Assembly: GCA_965644295.1 (NCBI GenBank)
Contig: CBFFRP010000164.1
Coordinates: forward strand, 62,001-126,000
Origin: Paraphysomonas bandaiensis
Taxonomy: Eukaryota > Protista > Chrysophyceae
Direction of reading: 5' to 3'
Length of the DNA: 64,000 nt
Numbering within the stretch: position 1 is the first letter of the stretch; each line of letters begins with the position of its first letter. A program made the position numbers and the translations under genes. The notes beneath the pieces were generated by a model, which saw only the letters and a program-made list of their open reading frames with translations, was not told the origin of the DNA and did not search any database. Positions 1 to 12,751 of the stretch are shown here, piece after piece.

Positions 1-453
1 GGTTAATGATATACGATATACACACATGATTGATACATCGCATCACTTAACTATGAGAATACACGCATAAGTTAATGATCTTCTAACATCAATCAGTATA
101 GCACGAATCACAAGCTCTTCTATGAACCATTTCAATGATGTTGTATGTCACTATCATCAAACTTCAATGCTCATCATCTGATATATCAGTGGATCCAATG
201 GATAATCATACACATGCTTTGGATATATTGTTTCAGTAGTTTGACCACACTGATACACCCTTCTTCATATTATGTTGTTGTTACTGAGATATTTCTACTT
301 ACTATATTCCAATATTATAACATGAACAGCAAGTTGATATGATATGGAGTGGAGTCATAGACGGCCTCTGGAATAGACGAGACAATCTTTCGAAACACTA
401 TATCATTGTAATATATCTCTTTTCTTCATAGAGTGGCGTTTGACACTCAGCCC

Positions 454-608
454 TTACTCCAATTGTTGATACCGCTTTATTCTTTTGTTGTGTAGATTCA
501 TGCGCCTCAGTTGAGATATTGTCTTTGCTTACTCCGATTGTTGATGCAGCTTTATTCTTTTGTTGTGTAGATTCATGCGCCTCAGTTGAGATATTGTCTT
601 TGCTTACT
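454..608. repeat. 75-bp tandem direct repeat, ~2 copies
   Basis: ttactcc(a/g)attgttgat...gagatattgtctttgc starts at 454 and again at 529. The minus-strand frame reads VSKDNISTEAHESTQQKNKAASTIG, with a near-identical second copy. Confidence 0.9.
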
Positions 609-1387
609 GCCGTTGTATAAATATTTTCTTTATATAGTCACCTCCTTTACCGATACGATCAAAAACTCAATTTGGAATTGGTAAAGCAACCTCACCAATA
701 TGAGAGTGGTACATGTGTTAAGAGAATAGTTTCATCGTGCCACCGTAGTGCCTCCTTTTCTTCGTGAATAAACGTTTTGGTGTCGACATTTCAGTGGTAT
801 TAAATGATAGTACCGTTAGTATATAATGATATATAGTAACGTTTCACTCCTTTACATTTGTGCAGTGTTGCTGCATGTTCTTATTGCATTTTTGATTTTT
901 TAGTGTTCCTAATATATCTCTATAAAGAGTGATTCAACGCGGTCCAAAGATAGTTTTGAAAATAGAAAGGTCGAAATGACTAACTTCGTCGAAGTATCTA
1001 CTATCCATTATCCGTAGTTTTCGTAATTGCTGAATGAACGACCTGATTTAGGCTGCGCGGGTGTAACCTTACTGCTACAACCTCACCGTTCTGTAATACG
1101 TAGCAATACATGAGGACACTTAGTGCATGTTTAAACCAAAATAGGCTAGTTTGAATGTTTGAATCCTTAACCCTTTACTATTTTGGCAAGATCGAGTCCA
1201 TAATATATAGTAGCCCTAGGGAGCAAGTCCTTCATACATTTATACATATTGACTCGGTTTAATATTGAAAAAGAACACCATTATCCACATACTTTTGATA
1301 CATAAATTATCTTAAGAATTTCAGAACTGACAGCAATAACACCGGTGTAAAGCGGTCAGCTCTCTTACACAAAAACTCCACAAACTC

Positions 1388-4172
1388 TTACTTTTTACCT
1401 TTACCTTTCTTGTCATCCTCGTTAGCACCGTCCTTTTGCATGCTTTCAATTTTCTTTATCCTGTCGTCCAGACCCGTCACAGCCAGCATGAAGGAAGTGA
1501 ATACTGCCTTATCGTCCTGGTATGTCACCGCTTGAAGAGCTAAGTTCTCAATAAACTCCATCGTGGTTAACGGTCTTGCCTTAATCATTGCCACGCGTCG
1601 ATTAGAAACTATCGTGCGCACGGTTCTCGCAATAGCACCAGCACTATACCCTTCCGATATATGAGCAAGCGAGGACAGATCGATCTTATCTACGCAAGAT
1701 TGTACCAGTTCAGTAATTTGTTGAGGTGTCGGTGGTGGTTGAGGTTTTGTAGCACTGTCAACAGCAGCAAGACGTTCTGCTTGTTTCTTACACCCAATAC
1801 GGATCTGTTCATCGATGTAGTGTCGCCATACAAGTACACGGGACGAGTAGTCTGGATAAGGGAAAAATAGAAAGCGATCAAAGAAATTCTTCAAATCTTT
1901 GACATCACCATTCTCTGGGCTTTTCGATGTTCCAATTATTATTACACGGTGGTGAGTCTCTAACGCTTGATTTTTATACAATAGCAGATCCTTTTTGAAC
2001 CTTGCCGGACCATCCTTATCTCCTTTAGATTTCTTACCACCACCTGTGAAGAACTGCTCACATTGATCCATGTACACAATCACCGGCTGGAAACTAGGAT
2101 CTCGGGCTACAGTCATTACCAAGTGAACCAGCTTAGTCGGCCCAGATTTACCCGGGAACAACCCGCGAAGTTTATCCGGTGTGAGGTGAATGAGCAAACC
2201 TCCCAGTTCATTTGCAACAGCTTCGACCATAAGAGTTTTACCTGATCCAGATGGTCCGAAAAGCATAATCGTTTTGATGTTATTCTCCTCTCTCATTTTA
2301 GCTTTGATATCTGGCGAACCATTGGGAAGAATGCAATACTCAGTAATTGTCTGGCGTATCTGTGCGATAGAGGGGTCCTGAATAGTTACTGTACTTTGAT
2401 CTTTGCGCTCAGCATTATGGTGCATGCTACCGAGGTAATTGAAATCGCCCACCATGTCTTGCACTTTTTTATTTTTGGTTCGTACGACAAGCTTGTTCTC
2501 AATCAATATCGCTAACATCTGATCCGGATCTAAGCCTTTCAGCTCAGATATTTTCTCACCTGGAAGAGGTTTTTTCTTCTTCCCTTTATCCTTCTTTCCT
2601 TTTTTGCCTTTACCCTTTTTACCTTTACCTTTCTTTCCCTTGCCACCTTTTCCTGGTGCAATTTGCATTCGGATCTTTTTCAGGTTCATGACTAACATGT
2701 CGTCCACCTGTCGACGTATCTCCTCGAAAACTCCAGGCCGAACTACATTTTTGGCAAGCTCGACATCGTGTCGTTGTTGAAAGTTCTCCGTTTCGTCACG
2801 GTTATCCCAAACTTCTTCGAACTCCTGCACGAGGTCATACATGGCTGCAGTTAGCTCTGTTTTCCCTTGTAGTTTCGGCATTTCACGGGGCTTTTCCTCC
2901 TTCGCACCCTTCTTGCCTCCCTTCGCATCTTTCTTATCCTTCTTATCAGCCTTTTTTTCCGGTTTCTTTGATGCTTTGGCATCAGCGACTTCATCTTCAG
3001 ATGCTTGCACCACTTTGGTAGCGTAAAACCCTTCTAAGTCCTCAGGAAACTTCTCTTGAGCGATCTCATCTGTAACCCACAATGTTCGCTCCTCCCGAAG
3101 ATTTTCACGCTTATCCGGCCCTTCCTCATCCATAATCACATCTTTCAGATCTTCAAGAGCTTTAAAATACAAATCTTTGTTTTCCTTCTGTTCCTGCTTC
3201 CGCTTCGTATATGCCATCTTCATCTCACTTTCGAGGCTCTCAACATTGTCCTTCCTTGGTCGCATGCCGACGAAAACAAGCTCATTTTCGCGTTCCAGAG
3301 CCGCCGCTTGTCTGCTTTGGTACCCGCGGAACATACGCTGAATATTGGTAGCAGCGATATCGCCATCCATCTCCACTTGAGCGGAGGCTTCGTACATACG
3401 GTTTTGTCTTTCCTTGTCGCGGACGTCTCGAACTAGCCGGGCACGTTCCTGACCCTGTCGCCCCCTTTCATTGCGTTGAATGATCTCAATAGCCTTTTCT
3501 AATGTCATATCCTCGCTAGGTAGCGCAGCTGTGAAATGGTCTTCCAAATAAAAGTTGTCGTTGTTCAGTTTTAAACGCATGTAACCCAACACGAGTCGGT
3601 CCCTCTGCTCAAGCTGTTTAGCATTATCTTCTCGAAAATATTTTGGCACTGGAATCTCTAGGGTATCAGGGGAAAGCTTCAAATCAACCAATATGTCGTC
3701 CAAATGAACATACTCCCAAGGAAATGCCTCCTCCGGACCACTAGGCATCCGGGTTTGAGAGTTCGGAGGATTCCAAATAACAAGGTCGTGTTTTAGTTCG
3801 ATAATCCGACGAATTACCAATTCTAGCATGTTTTTAACATGTAAACGTTTCTGAGGGTGTATCATACAGTCATAACACGTTTCTAAGCGGCGAAATATTT
3901 GAAGGTACTTGATATACAAGCATGCAAAGTGTTGAAATGCTTGAAATATGGTAACATCACGTGGTTCCTTCATATATACAGAGTCAATAAAGCAAAAAAT
4001 AAGTCAGTTTTCCTACCTGTTTACGCCCATCCTCGTCATCATCTTCATCTATTCCTTCTACATGAAGTTGTTCGTTGAGGTCAGCCATGGCATCTTGCCA
4101 CATAATATCGTAAGACCTGCAAGAGAGTTATTGACACACCTCATCTCTATAAGACACTTACGCATTCGCCAT
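1388..4172 (-). CDS. IQCA1: Dynein regulatory complex subunit 11 (IQ and AAA domain protein)
   Basis: ORF 1388-3973 has MIHPQKR, an IQ motif (IQRMFRGYQSR), a Lys/Gly-rich linker and Walker A GPSGSGKT. Upstream exons 4162-4172 and 4017-4116, joined by GT-AG introns 4117-4161 and 3968-4016, give the N-terminus MANASYDIMWQDAMADL. Confidence 0.93.
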
Positions 4173-5854
4173 AATGATTATAAGCTGATGATATCAGATG
4201 CTATTGACAGGTTTCACAGTATAAAACAACGCAACAATATCAGTGCGGTGTGTATGTATGTATATAATAATGACAGTGAAGTTACAGTGTTATGTGTATG
4301 GAATTGTACTGTCATGTGACTGTACACATCACTGCATATACATACATACATACACACACCTCTCTATACATACACTATAAACATACGACGAGCAGTTTCA
4401 AAAATCATGTCCGGTAACTACGACATATATACTCACCGTATACGGCTATGTATTACACCGCATATTGTACACCTGGACATGGTATCTGTATCTCATTGGT
4501 ATGCTATGTTTACCAATTCTGTATTTTCATTGGGTAGATTTCTTTATTGGTGTGCTCTATTAACCTATTCTGTGTTTTCATTGGCTATTCAGCTAACTGA
4601 AGTCATATGAGATGGCATATATACATGTATGTATATTACATTAATAATAATCTTTGAAGATGCTGTCTTGATAATGATGGTGATATCAATAATGTAGTGG
4701 CCCTTATCCAAGAGAGAGTATCCTCCTATATTGAGGACATATCATTATATGAGGGAACACTATTACAGATCATATTCAGTGTGAGATACATGTTATTCAA
4801 GGGAAGACTTGTTCCGGCCTGGTAAACGCGTGAATATATTCAATTTGAAGACCAAGGCATATGTTCCAATTGAATTGAAGATAATGATTGCCTTATGAAC
4901 ATTGGAGCATGTTTGCGACTCTGATACAGCAAGTGAACTCTTGGATATACCTCGTTCATCATATAGCCTGCTTGGCATCTCTTGCACAGTAGATTCAGTT
5001 GTTCGAAAATAGCAGCACAGGTTAGGGAATCAAATTGGTTCCAAGGTTTGCTAGTTCAACGAAAATAACGTGTCTATTCCTATGCATAGAGAACTGTTGT
5101 AATCATATTCTATTAACATTCATCGATTCACGTATACCCCTTAACGCGTGAATACAACAAGATAATATTCTGAAATATCAATTGACTAAATGATTACCAC
5201 ACTATATATGATACACTAACGTATGACTGGTCCCAATGCTCTAATTAACCGTGTCTTGCTATTACAGTATTAGGCTATATTCCTCATGTGAAGTATATAT
5301 GTAATTGAGCACTAAGACTGGCTATAAATCTTATTTTTAGTAGTAACCGTCATAACATTTAATAAGCAATTACTCTAACGTTCTCCATATTTCTTTTCAG
5401 AGTATAAAATCAATACCAATAGATAAATTGCTTAAAAACTAATTACCAAATAAAGGCTGGGTAAAATTCTAAACGATTTCTTCAACAGCCTCAATAAAGG
5501 CTTCAGCACTTGCAAAGTATTGAGTATCGCTATTCCTCAGCAAATCGGACTTGCACCTCTTCGTGGTGTTCTGGGAGAGAAATTTCTCGGGAAAACGTAC
5601 GTCATATGTGAGTGAATCAGTCGCCCTAATCTACGTTTTAAATTACTATTCGAATTCGTTGAAAATGCCATATATAGTAGTAAGATAAATAAATATAGAA
5701 GTATATAAATATATACACATCATTATTTAACAACCTGTCACAAATGACATTAATTGAACATTAAAATATTTACTTCTAGGTTTTAGTTTAACGCGCAGGT
5801 ACTACTATTGAAACTTTATAAGTTTTATGCATCGTAACTTGCTATTCTGACGAA

Positions 5855-7378
5855 CTAATGTATATTCGGTGGAGCTATTGCAACCTTTTCAGAAACACAG
5901 AGCGCTATTTTCGTCGGGTCATTGGGATCTGGTTTGACAAAACTAGCGAGCTTTTTCTCTCGTTGAAGTTGATCGTATGATAACGTTCTTTTAGATACTC
6001 TGGGACTTAAATATTCCTTGTTGCCACATCTAGGTGCATGTGGGGTTGGAAGCCTAGCTGTCACATTCGATCCTCTTGACATTGCATGCCGACTTCCCAC
6101 GCGACTGGATGCTATTGGAGAAGGGATTGGTTGTTTTGCGTCAGTCATCTCCACAGCACTCGATTCGTCAAAAGGCCAATTGTTAGTACTCACTCCGGGA
6201 GCTGGAGAGGATGCTACAATCAAATCGTTTTTTGGTGTGTGCGGCTGTGCCCATGTGTCAACGGGGCTAGCTTGCTGTATCCGTTGCAATACATCTTCTT
6301 CATCATGATTGCATACCTAATGTAAAGAAGAATAAGGTAAAGCAACAAAAGATTCATATGTACTTACTGGTACAATAAGATTTGACCCATCTGATTCTTT
6401 CATACGAACGAAGTGCATATCAGCACTGATTCCAGAGCGCTCAAGTGACGATTTGTTGAACACTACACCTGGACTACGAGGACGAACCTCACCTGCTGAG
6501 TGCGTGCGCCTTTTATTGCGATCCACTGGGGTGGCTGGCAAATTTCGAGCACTAGAGTGACTGGCGGCGGCAAATGAATAAGATGACTTCGGTTGTTTAT
6601 ATGAAGGCGGGGTGGACGAATTGCGAGGTGTCTTTTCATAGTCCTTGCTACGAATTCCGTAAAATTCATTCAAATCTCTCTTCGATTTGGTCTCCATGAA
6701 TGATGAAGGTCTGGACATGTATTAGAGCTTTCACTGTATACTACTGTACTATACCTAGTAGTGGGACCAACCGCACTGTACGTTTTCGGCTTCCAGAAAT
6801 CTCCCAGATCATACGTGCCAGGACTCACCAAAACTTTGTTAGATTGTTGGCTTATCTGAAAAAGAAACATAAGATAAAAGCAACAACGGCTTAAAGAGAC
6901 CAACCTTTTTTTTAACTTCGGGATCACACCTCTCCAACGGCCTAGTATAAATTTGTGCGCGAAGATAAGGTAATATTTTTCGTTGTCTTCCGAAATATTT
7001 TTGTCCCTTCTCAAAGAATTGCGGATATTGATTCGGCTTCACAGGTCCGCGTTCATTAACAGGTTTAGGAGAAACTAGACGACTCTGTAAATCAAACCTC
7101 TTCCCCTTATTCTTCCAGTGAAGTTCCTGCTCTTTAGCATATGCTTCGTACTCATGACTTTGAGATGTATTCGCGAGAGATGGGTTATAAATAGGCTCTT
7201 CCCAAAATGTTTTCTTAAATACAGGGTACTGCTTTTTCTCGGGAATAAGGCTACTCCTTGTTATATACGATGGAGCTCGAGAAAAATCCGCCTCACTTGA
7301 ACCTAGCGATATATTTTGTAATTCCGGATCAAGTTTGAACAGAGTTCCTGATGATTTCTTAGGACAAGTGGACTCCAT
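5855..7378 (-). CDS. Hypothetical Ser/Pro-rich protein, 4 exons
   Basis: ORFs 6839-7378, 6670-7014 (part), 6317-6718 and 5855-6289 join in frame through three short GT-AG introns. One SPGTY motif is reminiscent of PG-rich ciliary repeats. No firm family. Confidence 0.6.
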
Positions 7379-8087
7379 ATCTCAAAATAAGACTACTGAA
7401 TACTCGAAAACAGATCAATTAATGCAATAAACAACAACTAGAAAGGGTCCACAAACTAGAGAGCATACGTTTAATATTCCAAATACGCTCTGTTACAATA
7501 TCACTCCTTTCTTCTTATGATAACTTCAAGTAAAGCACATCGCCCTATCAAAAGCAGACAATACTGTCCCTTCTATTACTTTGTATTGAATAAAATAGGT
7601 CAGATCTAACAAGTATGACAAAGTATATATTCAATGAAGTTATTGATACTATTCAATCATATATTAATGCATACATGTATGGGCTGCAGGAGTATGTGAG
7701 TATATTAATAGCAGGGAAACCAATCAAACAGAAGACCATCACACAGCAGTTAGCGATGTATGTAACGTACCTCACTGTACTGTATGCGAGTTATACAACG
7801 TAGTACAGAAACATACGGCAGTATACAACTGTATATTGCTCCATATGTAGACTATGATACAGAGTCCATAGCTATGCCTACAAACGGGCCGGATGTGCTG
7901 TGGAGGTGTGTTGTAATTCCACTGCAGTCACACGTACCTGTTAATCTACATATCATTCAGGTTACTACACAACTCCAACACTATCAAGCCACTAAAAACC
8001 TGTCTAAGGTCTTAAGTTTCCGGATAAGTCTTTTACTTGTCGAGAGATATCTAAGGATTCGAAATAGGAGTGTTAATCTAAATTAAG

Positions 8088-8730
8088 ATGTCAAAACTAA
8101 ACGAGTTGCTTGTGAGTGTGCAGGTTAGTATACACCTTATAAGTGTAATTATATGATCTCATATTGATGAAAACACTTCATTTATTTTATGGTTGATTGT
8201 ATCGCACAGAAATTTTGCACTTCTGATGATTTCGAGGCTGAATTCGAAGCGTTTGCGAAGGAACACAGGTACCACATGAATTATTATTATAAAATAGGGA
8301 ATAGTAATCATGAAACTATGATTAGTGATACCTTCGCATCAGCAGTGGACTACAAATGTGATGGGGGTGAGCATCCTGTTGAATTCTTCGATGTATATAG
8401 GGATTATTTGTCCCGCTTCGAAGGACGAATTGAGGGTTTCATTATTGATGTAAGCGTGTAGACTGAGATGTTGCCATGCGAATATATAATATTTGTATAT
8501 TAGTTGGGATATAGCCCGAAAGACTTTTATACGGAATGCAAAGATATTCTTGAAGAGGAAGACGTGTTCGGGGATTTAAGGTGGTTTGTAGAAAAGCTAC
8601 TGGCGGTTAGTATTTTACTCCCATATATTTTTGTGCATTGTAATGCTGATGTTTTCAGGTCAGTGAATATGAGCAGTTTTTTGCGTTGATGCAATCTGAA
8701 ATGCATAAGTACCAGCCTTCTAGAAAATAA
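8088..8730 (+). CDS. BART-domain (ARL2-binding / CFAP36-like) small protein, multi-exon
   Basis: Spliced MSKLNELL..KFCTSDDFEAEFEAFAKEH..EHPVEFFDVYRDYLSRFEGRIEGFI..FVEKLLA..EYEQFFALMQ matches the ARL2_Bind_BART pattern. Stop TAA at 8728-8730. The first donor site is uncertain. Confidence 0.75.
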
Positions 8731-9349
8731 GCATCATTCCGTGTTAAATACTATTTCAATTGCGAATGATGGACTGTGTAGTTTTCTAATATATGATAAT
8801 AAGCACATAAGCACGATATCTGAACTTGAGGATCTGATTGTTTCAACATCTATTTAGTAGTATATTTTAGATGCTGTGCATATAGAAGCACTGTCTATAA
8901 TCTATAAGATAAATATAACTCGGCACATTGTAGCCAACGCACACATTACAAGGTTTCGTTTTCAGTTTCCTATTTCTTATACAACCATTTACCATAAAAC
9001 CTAGGTTTCGAGTTTTGACAAAGTGAAAGCTGCAAACCTCGATATTATGGAGCATACATTCGGAATTTATGGCTAGGTTTTCAATTTGCTTGGTGAGGTA
9101 GTTTGTTCAAGAATTCTGCCTGGGTTGGAAAATGTATATAACGTCTAACGCATATCCTTTTTTTGTTTGGCATATCTACTTCTTTTGTTTGATGTTGATA
9201 AAGATCGAACTCTACAATTTAGTGTCGATATAATAAATGGGTGTATAGGAGTGCCTTAGCTAATATTTCTGATTAAATTACAAAGACTTATATCATCTTT
9301 AAGAAGCTTGCTCACCTTTAGTACGATGATTAGGTCATATAGAGAGGAA

Positions 9350-9391
9350 GTACACAATCAATCAATAGAGTACACAATCAATCAATAGAGT
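9350..9391. repeat. Short tandem duplication (~20-bp unit x2)
   Basis: gtacacaatcaatcaataga is repeated just downstream of the SPFH gene stop. Confidence 0.8.
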
Positions 9392-9403
9392 ATAAAGTTT
9401 TTA

Positions 9404-10426
9404 TTAAAACAAATCCACAATCACATTCGATCTGCTCATATTTCGAAAAACAGTCTTGTTAGCATTGTTATCGATGAGTGCTAAAACATCGATGAGTTCA
9501 TTCACATTCTCGTTAGATATTTCTAGCAGTTGAATTACATGCTTGATTCCTTCACTTCTGGCAGACATGGCTATCTTTTCATATTCATAGTTCGCCGTCA
9601 TCATGAGTGCTTTACTTTTTGATAACGAGTTTTGAACTAGTTGCTCTGCCTCTGCTTGAATAGTCGATACGATTTGTTTAGTGTCGGCGAAGACCACATT
9701 GACTTTTTGTTGATTATACTGTATCTCGTTCGTTTGTAATGCAATCGCTGATTTCAAACTGTTTTCAATAATATTATCTGGAAAAGTTATATTTATAATT
9801 TTAAAATATTGAGGATCCGCAACAACATGGACTTGGTGCAACAGATCAGTGTATACTCCTTGAGCAAGTACAGATTCTATAAAAGTTCGATTTCCAAGAA
9901 AATCAGAGACAGCGAACCCCCCAGCAATATTCTTAACTGTTTTCTTTGAATTGCTCTGAATTCTGCTATCATAACTGTAAGAGAACTTGTTATATATATC
10001 GTAGACATGCTTTGCTGGGAGATGGTAGAAAAACTGGATTTCAATATTAAAAGCTACTCCAGAGTCCGAGAAAACTACTGAATTCATATGTACTTTCTGC
10101 ATTGTCGAAGGAAAATATACCAAACCAATAATAGGAGACAGTAAGTATACACCTTGAGATAAAACAGGTCTCTGGTACACTGTACCAAGGCGATTTCTTT
10201 CCAGCGCATACTCATCATAAGGAACGAAATGAAGCGACCACAGCATGCATAATAATAACAAAACTATGATGCATATAATCAAAAGAGATATACATATCCC
10301 TTTCCCTGATAGCACAATGTAGTCCCCATCAAATGAAATGAAAGAGTCATTTCGTTGCACATCTTCATTTTCCTCAATTGAAGTGTATCGGTAATTAGGA
10401 CCCCGACCACTCCCTCCAAGTCGCAT
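9404..10426 (-). CDS. SPFH/Band-7 domain membrane protein (paralogue A), intronless
   Basis: N-terminal TM segment (ICISLLIICIIVLLLLCML), VPYDEYAL..QGVYLLSP, SDSGVAFNIEIQFFY, DFLGNRTFIE and a C-terminal Ala/Glu/Gln-rich coiled coil. Confidence 0.8.
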   Translation of the reverse strand: MRLGGSGRGPNYRYTSIEENEDVQRNDSFISFDGDYIVLSGKGICISLLIICIIVLLLLCMLWSLHFVPYDEYALERNRLGTVYQRPVLSQGVYLLSPIIGLVYFPSTMQKVHMNSVVFSDSGVAFNIEIQFFYHLPAKHVYDIYNKFSYSYDSRIQSNSKKTVKNIAGGFAVSDFLGNRTFIESVLAQGVYTDLLHQVHVVADPQYFKIINITFPDNIIENSLKSAIALQTNEIQYNQQKVNVVFADTKQIVSTIQAEAEQLVQNSLSKSKALMMTANYEYEKIAMSARSEGIKHVIQLLEISNENVNELIDVLALIDNNANKTVFRNMSRSNVIVDLF

Positions 10427-10843
10427 TGCTAATACTGAATGATATATTATTTCCTAGACAGCATTTACTGTGTGTGTATGGAGCAGTCCATGGACTAACT
10501 ATATCTGATCTAGGACTATGAGACTACACTGTGATGTACTACTCCTGCTGTACATACATGTACCATACCGGGCATACAAAGATACGATACGTCAATATCC
10601 TAGCATAATACAGTACTATAATACAGTATAAGAATACACGAACGAGATAGAGCAGCAGTGCAGTACACACACAGCACGACAAGCAACAGGAGCAGGATAT
10701 GGTCATCATCACCATGCCTCTAGATATCAGTTCATACAGGAGGTCACCATACAGGATCGTTACTGTCAATACACAGACACGCTGGTCACACTTGACCTCA
10801 ATTCTTTTATACAACCGTTCATTGTGAACGAAACTGGGCGATT

Positions 10844-11731
10844 ATGCTGAGGATTAAGAAGGCACACTGCCTTTACTGCACAGGATGTACGATGGCTGCT
10901 ATATTATGTGTTGCATTGCTCACATGTGTGCGGTTCTCAAGTGTCGAGCAGGATGAGTATGCAGTAGTTTTAAATTCGTATACTATGCAGTTTCGTTCGG
11001 CTGTGTACTCACAAGGCTTTTATTTTTTAGTACCAGGTGATCGATTCATCAGATTCAAAAGGACTCTACAAAATGCAGAGTTAGGAGATATGGATTGTTT
11101 AACTAAAGATGAAGTTTTGGTAGATCTACATGTAGCTACGCAGTTTCAATACACCAAAGATGACTTAGTTCCTTTTGTGTTGAAGAAGTTCGGCACGGAC
11201 AGGAATTATAAGCATTTTTTGGCTGGTATAATGCGAAGTGTGATTCTTAACACATGTTTGGAATTCACAGCTCTAGAATATTATGAAAAACGTGCCATGG
11301 TCGACGCCGAAATGTTCGGTAATTTGATTCGAACAGTTAATTCTAACAGATTAGGGTGTACGATAGAGTACTTTCAGTTAGTGGACATTGACTATCCCAA
11401 GGACTATATGAAGGTGTTGCATGAAAAGCAAAATGTTAAACAAAATCTGATAACTGCAGAGAATCACCGAACTTCTGAAGTAATATCCGCCACAACTACG
11501 AAGATGGAAGCTCAGCGAACAGCGAACATAAATATGATCAACGCATATAATGCATATAATATGACCTTGTTTGATGCCAATGTGCAGAAGGACGCTATTA
11601 TGTCAATGTGGAGAAATCGGGGGCTTGCGTATAAAAATGTTATTAAAGATTTAGAGTTGAGCGTTCCTCAGTTCATCGAGTACTTGCAGTCCGATGTTGT
11701 TCGCACTTCCCAAGTTGTCACTTCTGTTTAG
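10844..11731 (+). CDS. SPFH/Band-7 domain membrane protein (paralogue B), intronless
   Basis: N-terminal hydrophobic anchor, VEQDEYAVV..QGFYFLVPG, CLTKDEVLVDLHVATQFQY, EYYEKRAMV, FQLVDIDYP and a coiled-coil tail. The start may be the second Met (10892). Confidence 0.85.
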   Translation: MLRIKKAHCLYCTGCTMAAILCVALLTCVRFSSVEQDEYAVVLNSYTMQFRSAVYSQGFYFLVPGDRFIRFKRTLQNAELGDMDCLTKDEVLVDLHVATQFQYTKDDLVPFVLKKFGTDRNYKHFLAGIMRSVILNTCLEFTALEYYEKRAMVDAEMFGNLIRTVNSNRLGCTIEYFQLVDIDYPKDYMKVLHEKQNVKQNLITAENHRTSEVISATTTKMEAQRTANINMINAYNAYNMTLFDANVQKDAIMSMWRNRGLAYKNVIKDLELSVPQFIEYLQSDVVRTSQVVTSV

Positions 11732-12751
11732 TGTGTGGAGCGCATGATGTATATCTATACAGTCGAAATCATAGGATCAATGTGTTTATAAAATTTAGTT
11801 ATTAAGAGTTACATACTTGAATACTGCTATTAAATGAATTAGTTAATTTGATGTGTCATAAGACTAAAGTACTTAACGAATACCTTGGAATACATATTAT
11901 CTAATATCTTGGGATACACACATGATAGGAAGTTCATCATAGGCGAAGCACCAGGATGTGAATCATTTGTTTGTGTGAAAGACACAACTTAACAACCTAT
12001 ATCACTCTAACATGAGTCATGACGTTATGTTCACCTAAACTATTTTTTGTACGTGATATCCTGGTGTAGTATAATCGAATATTACTAATCACTTTTTCCA
12101 ACTAGTTATACTTTTATACTTCGCCGATTAGAAGGTGTAAACCATTGAAAGTCGTATCATCTATGAGGATATGTCGATTGCGAATAAATCATCGCTATCC
12201 AGTATTTGCCCTCAATATTAGTGCTCTTGTGCATTCACACATACGGGATCTCAATAACTTATATCCATTTCCATTGCATTATTCCAACTCCAGTGTATGG
12301 CTGCATAAGACACAATGGACATACATTGGACGAATCAACCATCAGTCGTATAAATGTCTGTATACAGTGTATTTAATCTTACGAGTATTCCCCACTTTTT
12401 TTTCGTCATTTGTTCCAAAAAGTGAGGAAAAACATGAGGAGTAGTGTGAGAAATACACACTTTTTAGGTAAAAAGTGAGTGATAAATCCGCATCCGTGTT
12501 GTATCTTGTCGATATGGCGGAATCGTTTTTTTTTATATATATAATCATACATATGAGCGATACGATGCATGTTGATACGTGTACATCAATCATGTAGAAG
12601 ACACATATATAACCTTCTCACTGATTGAAATGTCATTATAATCCATTGAGTGGTAGTGGCTGGATTGGATACTTGTAGATTAGTTACCTTGTATAAAGAG
12701 ACCATATTTAGACGCCAGCTCATGTACTAGATCTGCAGATACCTGTCTACA

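Noticed and set aside
8189-8191. ATG at 8189 as the BART gene start, or a non-canonical GT-TG intron
   Set aside because: A canonical acceptor (cag ending 8209) joins the upstream exon from 8088 in frame, so no unusual splicing is needed.
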